Below are positions 58,012 to 64,000 of a stretch of DNA of 64,000 nt, piece after piece. The translations under genes were made by a program, and so were the position numbers. The notes beneath the pieces are model-generated. The model saw only the letters and a list, made by a program, of their open reading frames with translations, was not told where the DNA came from and made no database searches. The first letter of the stretch is position 1; every line of letters begins with the position of its first letter. The stretch comes from Desulfomonilia bacterium. GTDB lineage: Bacteria > Desulfobacterota > Desulfomonilia > UBA1062. The stretch covers positions 992,001 through 1,056,000 of the forward strand of contig CAXXDQ010000003.1 in assembly GCA_963664325.2 (NCBI GenBank), given 5' to 3'.

Positions 58012-59322
58012 TTACAGGTCAGTCATCCACCCCTTGCCCTGGAGTCTGGCGCCCATATTCATGAAGTTAAGAAAAGAGGACCTGAACATATCGCTCATAA
58101 GGGCCCTCTTGACCGGCTGAAGGCGGAGGAAGCCACCGATGAAGGTTCTCATAAACTGTTGTGTGATGCTGTGGGGATTGTCGAAAATCTGATTCTGGAG
58201 ATTGCCCCTTTCAAGGCTAAGCAGCATGATCCTTTCAAATGTTGTCTCCGGATGGATGACTCTGCTGCCGCGGTTTATCATCTCGATGGCGTTTGCCGCG
58301 CACTTGGAAAAACATACGCCGCAGCCCACGCATATTTTAACATCGACATGCCCTTTCTTCATCTTGGGTTTTTGCGGATCGCCGGCCGGGATCAGACTTA
58401 TCGCATTCACAGGGCATACATCAACGCATTTCCCGCATCCTTTGCACGAAGACTCATCAATCCTGGAGATAAAATTGGAGGTAACGGCACTGTTTACGAA
58501 TCCAAACCTGTTCAGCCCGGCCAGAAAATTGCAGCAGCACTTGCAGCAGTGGCAGATGACCGTCGGGTTCCTTTGCGTATTCTCTGCACAGAAGACCAGG
58601 CCGAGTTCTTTCGAGCGCGCAAAATTCTCCAGCATCTCTGATTTCGACACCTCCCGGGCCAGATTATGCCTGATTGCATAGTCCGCCCCTATGCCCAGAG
58701 GACTGCAATTGTTAAGGGGGGCGTCGCATTTCTTTTCATTGTTCTGGGATTTTTCATTTCTGCATGAGCATATGCCGATGGCAAACCTGTGAGAATTTTC
58801 AACGATTGCCGAGGCCCTTTCATAGTCGAAGAATTCGATCGAGTCACCGGGGTGTATCGTTTCTTCAACAGGGATGACTCTCAACACGGAAACATGTTCA
58901 TTGTGCGAGAAATTAGCCTGATACAAAGATTCAAAGTATTCATGAAACAGTTTTGAGCATTCCTTCTGATTGTGAATATCCCCGGTTCTCATCATTGTAA
59001 ACTCGAATATACCGATGAGCAGGGGAGAGGGCATGTAGTAAAACTGGCTTTCATTGTCATTCCATACATCAATGATCAGGCCCTTCTTGCCGAGATTATC
59101 GAGGATGCCTCTCAGACGGGTGCTGTTGACTTTTGTTGCTTTGGAGATTCTTTCAAGGCTGGACAGGGAATAGGGCATATCAATGATCAGCTCTGCCTCT
59201 TCTAAAGTATAAAGTTCCTTTAAAATACTATAGAAGGTCTCATTCCAGGGGGCTTTCACCGTAAGACTGTCAATCTTTTGCCCCAGCCTGCGATATGTAC
59301 TATCTTCAACTCCGAGACTCAT
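58012..59322 (-). CDS. 4Fe-4S dicluster domain protein
   Basis: CSCR, ICHCCKCCC, CKGCGKCVDVCP and CVGCGVCFSKC motifs. Confidence 0.88.
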   Translation of the reverse strand: MSLGVEDSTYRRLGQKIDSLTVKAPWNETFYSILKELYTLEEAELIIDMPYSLSSLERISKATKVNSTRLRGILDNLGKKGLIIDVWNDNESQFYYMPSPLLIGIFEFTMMRTGDIHNQKECSKLFHEYFESLYQANFSHNEHVSVLRVIPVEETIHPGDSIEFFDYERASAIVENSHRFAIGICSCRNEKSQNNEKKCDAPLNNCSPLGIGADYAIRHNLAREVSKSEMLENFARSKELGLVFCAENTQRNPTVICHCCKCCCNFLAGLNRFGFVNSAVTSNFISRIDESSCKGCGKCVDVCPVNAISLIPAGDPQKPKMKKGHVDVKICVGCGVCFSKCAANAIEMINRGSRVIHPETTFERIMLLSLERGNLQNQIFDNPHSITQQFMRTFIGGFLRLQPVKRALMSDMFRSSFLNFMNMGARLQGKGWMTDL

Positions 59323-59541
59323 ATATGCTCCCTTATATGTTCATTTTAAGGCATTGCCGGGAAATAAGCTTATCCACAGTCATTATACAAGAATACCATA
59401 GATGTTTTGAACCTTGAACCATTAACTTTAATGAGGGATCTTCTAACTCTTCAACCGGGCGTCAACCTCTGGGGCGCCCTGCAGTATAGCCTGTACAATG
59501 AACAGGGATTGGAGGCGGCCTGTAAAAACGGCACTTCTGCC

Positions 59542-61479
59542 TCAGATTTCCCGGCCTGCGCGATGGCCCTCGTGTATGGCTTCAAGGATACGGCGCGGCC
59601 CCTTCGAGTCTCCGGCCATAATATATGAGATACCCTCCTCTTTGAGCACGGCCTCAAGTGCATTTTCAGCCCTGGCACCCAGGGCGGTTATGACTGATGC
59701 GGCGGGAAGTGTTTCAACAGCTCCTCCCCTTGAGAAGTCTACGCAATCACGATCAATCATGGTGATTGTCGAGCCCAGGTAAATTTTACCGCCGGCGTCC
59801 CTGATGCGCTTATACAGCCAGTATCCGTGGGCTGTCATCTTATTCACAGGCGGGGAGGCCAGCATTTCGACAATGGCCGTTTCAATGCCTTTATCAATGA
59901 GAAAGTCGGCTGTCTCCATGCCCACGTAACCGGCACCGAGAACCACGGCAGGCCCTTTGACCTGAACCTTGCCTGTAAGGACATCCCGTGCGTCAAATAC
60001 GTGCGTGGACTCAATTCCCGGTATGCCTGAAATTACCGGATAAGAACCGGTGGCCAGGATTACAGTGTCAGGCCTTCCTTCCTTCAGCATAATACTTGAC
60101 ACCGGCCGGCTCAGCCTGATTTCAACGCCTAGCTGGCCAAGCCTTCTGAGCGCCCATTCGACCCAGGCCCAGAAACGCTCCTTGTGCGGCGGTTTGCTGG
60201 CGGAGCGCAGCTGGCCTCCCGCTGAATCTTCCTTTTCGAAGATTGTCACAGAATGCCCCCTCTCTGCCGCGGCCATGGCCGCGGAAATGCCGGCAGGCCC
60301 TGCGCCGATCACCCACACCTTTTTAGGATTTTCGGCGCGCTTTGCCGGGCGGTACTCCTGGCCGCACTCCGGGTTGAAGGAGCAGGTGGAGGACTTCATC
60401 TCGAAGCTCAGGCGCTCTATGCAGCCCTGGTTGCAGGCTACGCACGGCCTGATGTCGATGGTGTTGCCGGCGCCTGCCTTGTTGATGAAATCGGGATCCG
60501 TAAGATGCTGCCTGCCGAAACTTATAAGGTCTGCATCGCCGCGGGCCAGGGCCTGTTCGGCCAGCACGGGTTCGCTGATGCGGCCCACACCGATAACCGG
60601 TACATTCACCATTTCCCTTATGGCACGGGCCCTGAACAGGTTGAACCCGGGGGGGGTGTCCATGGATGCTATGCTCAGATTCCCGGGTGTTGAGTATACG
60701 CCGACCGAGACGTGCAGGGCATTGGCGCCTGCCTGCACAAGTCTGGGTGCGAGTCGCCTGGTGAACTCGAGATCGAACCCGCCCGTAATCAGCTCGTCGG
60801 CCGAAAACCGGACAATTATAGGATAATCTGCACCCGCGGCCTTCCGGGCCGCGGCTATGCACTCAAGCACGAACCGGCAGCGGTTATCTTCAGAACCGCC
60901 GTATTCGTCGGCCCTCTTATTGGAAAAGGGTGAGAGGAACTGGTTGAGAAGGTATCCGTGGGCGCTGTGGATTTCAATTGCGTCAAAACCTGCGGCGCGC
61001 GCGCGGACTGCCGCCGAGGCATACGCGTTTACAACTTCATTGATGCGCTCTATGGTCATCTCCTCGCAGGGCTGCTGAAGTATGACACTGGGTATGGCCG
61101 ACGGTGCCTCCGGGATGCCTCCCGCAGCCGCCGGGAATGTCTCCCTTCCTGCATGGTGAAGCTGGACGGCTGTTCTGCCGCCCTCGCGGTGTATGGCCTC
61201 GGGGATCTTTGACAGCGGGGCGATGAAATCGTCGCTCCATATGCCGAGTTCGTTGGGGAAGCCCTTGCCGCGCGGCGTCACGGCCGTGACCTCGGTAATG
61301 ATGAGACCGGCGCCGCCCCTGGCCCTGCGGGCAAGGTATTCCGCAAGACGTTCGTTCGGGGTGTTGTCCGTGCCTGCATATCCGGTGGCCATGGCCGGCA
61401 TGACCGCCCTGTTCCTGAGCTTCAGGGTGCCGATCTCAACTGGTGAAAACAGGTGCTCGAATCTTATCCTGCTGTTCAT
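59542..61479 (-). CDS. NADH:flavin oxidoreductase (Old Yellow Enzyme + FeS + FAD domains; 2,4-dienoyl-CoA reductase/BaiCD-like)
   Basis: HSAHGYLLNQFLSP..NKR.DEYGG, CVACNQGC and IGAGPAG; start reassigned to ATG 61479. Confidence 0.92.
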   Translation of the reverse strand: MNSRIRFEHLFSPVEIGTLKLRNRAVMPAMATGYAGTDNTPNERLAEYLARRARGGAGLIITEVTAVTPRGKGFPNELGIWSDDFIAPLSKIPEAIHREGGRTAVQLHHAGRETFPAAAGGIPEAPSAIPSVILQQPCEEMTIERINEVVNAYASAAVRARAAGFDAIEIHSAHGYLLNQFLSPFSNKRADEYGGSEDNRCRFVLECIAAARKAAGADYPIIVRFSADELITGGFDLEFTRRLAPRLVQAGANALHVSVGVYSTPGNLSIASMDTPPGFNLFRARAIREMVNVPVIGVGRISEPVLAEQALARGDADLISFGRQHLTDPDFINKAGAGNTIDIRPCVACNQGCIERLSFEMKSSTCSFNPECGQEYRPAKRAENPKKVWVIGAGPAGISAAMAAAERGHSVTIFEKEDSAGGQLRSASKPPHKERFWAWVEWALRRLGQLGVEIRLSRPVSSIMLKEGRPDTVILATGSYPVISGIPGIESTHVFDARDVLTGKVQVKGPAVVLGAGYVGMETADFLIDKGIETAIVEMLASPPVNKMTAHGYWLYKRIRDAGGKIYLGSTITMIDRDCVDFSRGGAVETLPAASVITALGARAENALEAVLKEEGISYIMAGDSKGPRRILEAIHEGHRAGREI

Positions 61480-61492
61480 GTTAAAGCTCCTT

Positions 61493-62314
61493 TCAGATCT
61501 TCTTTTCAGACATCTTGTCACGAAGGAACTGAAACCCCGGTGTGATATTTTCTGTGATGTCCATTGGCAGCATGGCCTTGGCCGGATAACCCATGTTCAT
61601 GACCCCGCCTGCCTTGAAAAGATTTTCCAGCATCTCGAATATGCTGTCGGCCGGCATCCCGACGGCAAGCTCGTTTTCTCCAATGCCGGCAAAAGACCGG
61701 TCGCCCATGCCCGGAATCACCACCTGGGGGCTGCCCAGAAGAAACGGCAGCAGCGCGCCTTTGACGCAGGATTCACCGAACCCCTCGAAGAACGAATGCA
61801 CGACCTGCCTGTACGCATAGCATAAACCATGGATCATGTGGGTAACCTGAACGCCGTCCCCGTAGATAAGGATGCTGTCCGGAATCATCTGTGCATCTTT
61901 GAGGGGAGATGTTACAAAACCGCAATACTGCTTCAGCCGCTCTTCTCCTTTGGAGCGCAGCAGAGCCCATGCGCCTTGAACCCTTCGTGTTTCCGCAGCC
62001 CTGTCCATGTGCCAGCCCTGCCGGACCTGACTCTCGATGAGGTCCTCCATGGAAACGTCAGACCACCCGTGAAAGGCGGTTGCCGGCGTGCAGAAATTAT
62101 CATCCCCAGTCATGGCGACGGGCATGCCCCACTTTCGGCTCAACGTTAAGGCCTGGCAGAGGGACAGCTTTTTATGCGCCTTTATGGGCCGGTATATACC
62201 TTCCGGGATCTCCAACTCATTCTTAATATAGGTTATTGCGACCGGGTATGATGCAAGGTGCAGCTTATGATATATGTCTCCGCCTGCTTTCCTGAATTCT
62301 TCAAGTGTTCCCAT
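61493..62314 (-). CDS. DUF169 domain protein
   Basis: LCQA, C..A and PD..LIYG...Q pattern; ESC...P..GDR. Confidence 0.8.
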   Translation of the reverse strand: MGTLEEFRKAGGDIYHKLHLASYPVAITYIKNELEIPEGIYRPIKAHKKLSLCQALTLSRKWGMPVAMTGDDNFCTPATAFHGWSDVSMEDLIESQVRQGWHMDRAAETRRVQGAWALLRSKGEERLKQYCGFVTSPLKDAQMIPDSILIYGDGVQVTHMIHGLCYAYRQVVHSFFEGFGESCVKGALLPFLLGSPQVVIPGMGDRSFAGIGENELAVGMPADSIFEMLENLFKAGGVMNMGYPAKAMLPMDITENITPGFQFLRDKMSEKKI

Positions 62315-62436
62315 CTGTAACCTCCAAATCTTCTCAAGGGAAATCCTGGTGCTGTTCGCCCGGTTTCCGGAACATCTCTGAGGCGACGGCAGATGCCGGT
62401 TCAGGCTGCCGGATTATGCCGTGATACACAGCCTGC

Positions 62437-63813
62437 TTATCCACATGCGGATTCAACGGGCGTTCTGCTCTTTTTGGAGATACGAGCAGCTGCGTCCTTG
62501 TGGCCCTCGATGCGCTCCGCCACTGCCTTCTTCAAGCGGCGGTCATAGCGGATGCCGTTAATGACGGATTTGGGCTCAAGTCCGAAATAGCGTTTATGGA
62601 ATATAATGGCAGAGGCCAGCGCATCCCTGAGCATTTCCAAAAGGCCTATTTTGGGGAGATTCTTTTTATAAACAGGGAGTGCCTCATCATAGGTGGGCAC
62701 ATTCACCATGTCGCCATCCGGTCCGAGCACCACCAGCCCCCCGTTTACCAGGAGCTTATAGCGTTTGGCGGTTTCCTCCAGGGTCGGCCCGCACACAAGC
62801 GCACATTGCCCGCAGGTAAGGATGCGGTCGTCTCTGAGGCCTGTGACGCCAAGCTTTTCTGCAAAGGAGAAGAACGCCCTTTCGCGTTCATTGCGCATGA
62901 GATTTTCGGGATGCTTATCCAGGTATTCATTTACGATCTCCTCTGGAACAAGCTCGTTTCCGATGGAGCGGATCAGGGAGTAGCGCGGGGCGGAGTCGCC
63001 TGAGAGTGTCCCCTTGAGCAGGAGCTGCAAATGGATGGCCGCCTTAGTTAGCGAATCAACAGGTCTGTCGATCCAGGGTTCGATCCAGTGGTAGGACCAT
63101 GTGGTCCATTTCTTGTCCGGTGAAAGCCCGTGCAAACCGAAACAGGAAATATTGCACAGGTTGATGTCGCGGCGTTTGCCCCGCGGGTGGAGTGTGCCGT
63201 TTAAGAGCACATATTCTTCTTCGTCATCCCTGAACATCTGCGCGGCGCAGGTCTTGTCGCACATCCGGCACGTGCTGCAGTAGCTGTCGATAAAATGGCG
63301 AGGTGAAAACCTTAAAGGGTCGCTTGCGAGAACTGCATCGGTCACCACTGTGCCCAGATATATGGAAGCACCGTATTCCTCGGTCATCACATTGCCTGAC
63401 CAGCCCTGTCCGGCTATGCCCGATGCGACAGCGCCGAAACGGTGCGAGAAACTGGGGAGTGTGGCCAGGACATCAGGATTTCGGCGGTAGTCGTTGTTCG
63501 TCGGTACGGCCCGGGCATGGTATCCCAGCGAACGGATGTAACCGGCCACGAACTCTGCGGTGCGGTACATCTGCTGGTTCATTCTGACCTGGTCCAGGTT
63601 GTGGGGCACCGGGGACTTCTTGCCCAGAAAATCGTATATCGCCTGTATATCCATGGGCAGGGCCATTGAAATGATAGACCGGGCTCCCGGCATGACATAG
63701 GACGGATCGAGCGATGGCGGACCATCAAGACGATCAGGACCCGCGATGCCAACCACCTCAATCCTCTGGCCATGGACAAAATCCCTGATCTTTTCTTCCA
63801 GGTTGTCCTTCAT
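62437..63813 (-). CDS. Epoxyqueuosine reductase / reductive dehalogenase-like FeS protein
   Basis: DP...MPGARSIIS, FSHRFGAVASG, G.SGNVMT.EYG and CSTCRMCDKTC. Confidence 0.75.
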   Translation of the reverse strand: MKDNLEEKIRDFVHGQRIEVVGIAGPDRLDGPPSLDPSYVMPGARSIISMALPMDIQAIYDFLGKKSPVPHNLDQVRMNQQMYRTAEFVAGYIRSLGYHARAVPTNNDYRRNPDVLATLPSFSHRFGAVASGIAGQGWSGNVMTEEYGASIYLGTVVTDAVLASDPLRFSPRHFIDSYCSTCRMCDKTCAAQMFRDDEEEYVLLNGTLHPRGKRRDINLCNISCFGLHGLSPDKKWTTWSYHWIEPWIDRPVDSLTKAAIHLQLLLKGTLSGDSAPRYSLIRSIGNELVPEEIVNEYLDKHPENLMRNERERAFFSFAEKLGVTGLRDDRILTCGQCALVCGPTLEETAKRYKLLVNGGLVVLGPDGDMVNVPTYDEALPVYKKNLPKIGLLEMLRDALASAIIFHKRYFGLEPKSVINGIRYDRRLKKAVAERIEGHKDAAARISKKSRTPVESACG

Positions 63814-63863
63814 TTAGAGCCTCCATACGTCAGCTGTCGAACTGCAAAGCTGAAAATAATCCG

Positions 63864-64000
63864 TTAAGCTGTTAAGCAGAATGAAAATATCAGCTGGTAA
63901 GAAGAATCGAGGGCGGCTTTGCTTATCAGCTTATCAGGTATTCTAGCAGGTATTAAACCGTTAAGCTATTGAGCTTTTGAGCTATTAAGCTGTTAAGCAA
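63864..64000. repeat. Degenerate 8-bp tandem repeats (TTAAGCTR-like)
   Basis: TTAAGCTG TTAAGCAG at 63864; GCTTATCA x2 at 63921; six units from 63953 to the window end. Confidence 0.75.

Noticed and set aside
1-64000. CRISPR arrays, tRNA or rRNA genes, prophage genes, and the many antisense ORFs in the track
   Set aside because: I saw no repeat-spacer periodicity, structural RNA genes or phage hallmark proteins by eye; the antisense ORFs shadow well-supported genes

Overview
This 64-kb window looks like it comes from an anaerobic, Sec-using Gram-negative bacterium; a Deltaproteobacteria/Thermodesulfobacteriota-like organism is my inference from gene content. Most of it is catabolic and redox genes: GGT, a Tat sulfatase, an FGGY kinase-dehydrogenase fusion with a class II aldolase, a paired ThiF operon, a NuoE/ferredoxin/NuoF-GltD module under a Rex-like operator, a selenocysteine formate dehydrogenase with SECIS, an Ntn acylase, an alkyl-DHAP-synthase-like/GlpC/GlpD/FGGY/MFS operon, a LinD-like lipoprotein, selA-patatin-rluD-DUF721, a double LuxR regulator and OYE/DUF169/QueG-like genes. 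The most interesting part is a nested accessory island at about 37.7-41.3 kb. It holds an integrase-less integron remnant (attI-like site, two cassettes, one complete attC, one half attC). Next to it is a complete IS110-family element of IS1111-type layout, inserted into the terminal repeat of a collapsed RAYT-like element. The ends of this IS reconstitute a TTGACA-N17-GATAAT promoter on circularisation. Its roughly 440-nt 3' non-coding region reads as a bridge/seek RNA whose guides match the actual insertion site, and it carries two tandem target-binding-type loops with different guides. An orphan RiPP-like precursor peptide follows. All calls come from reading motifs by eye; no database searches were run.
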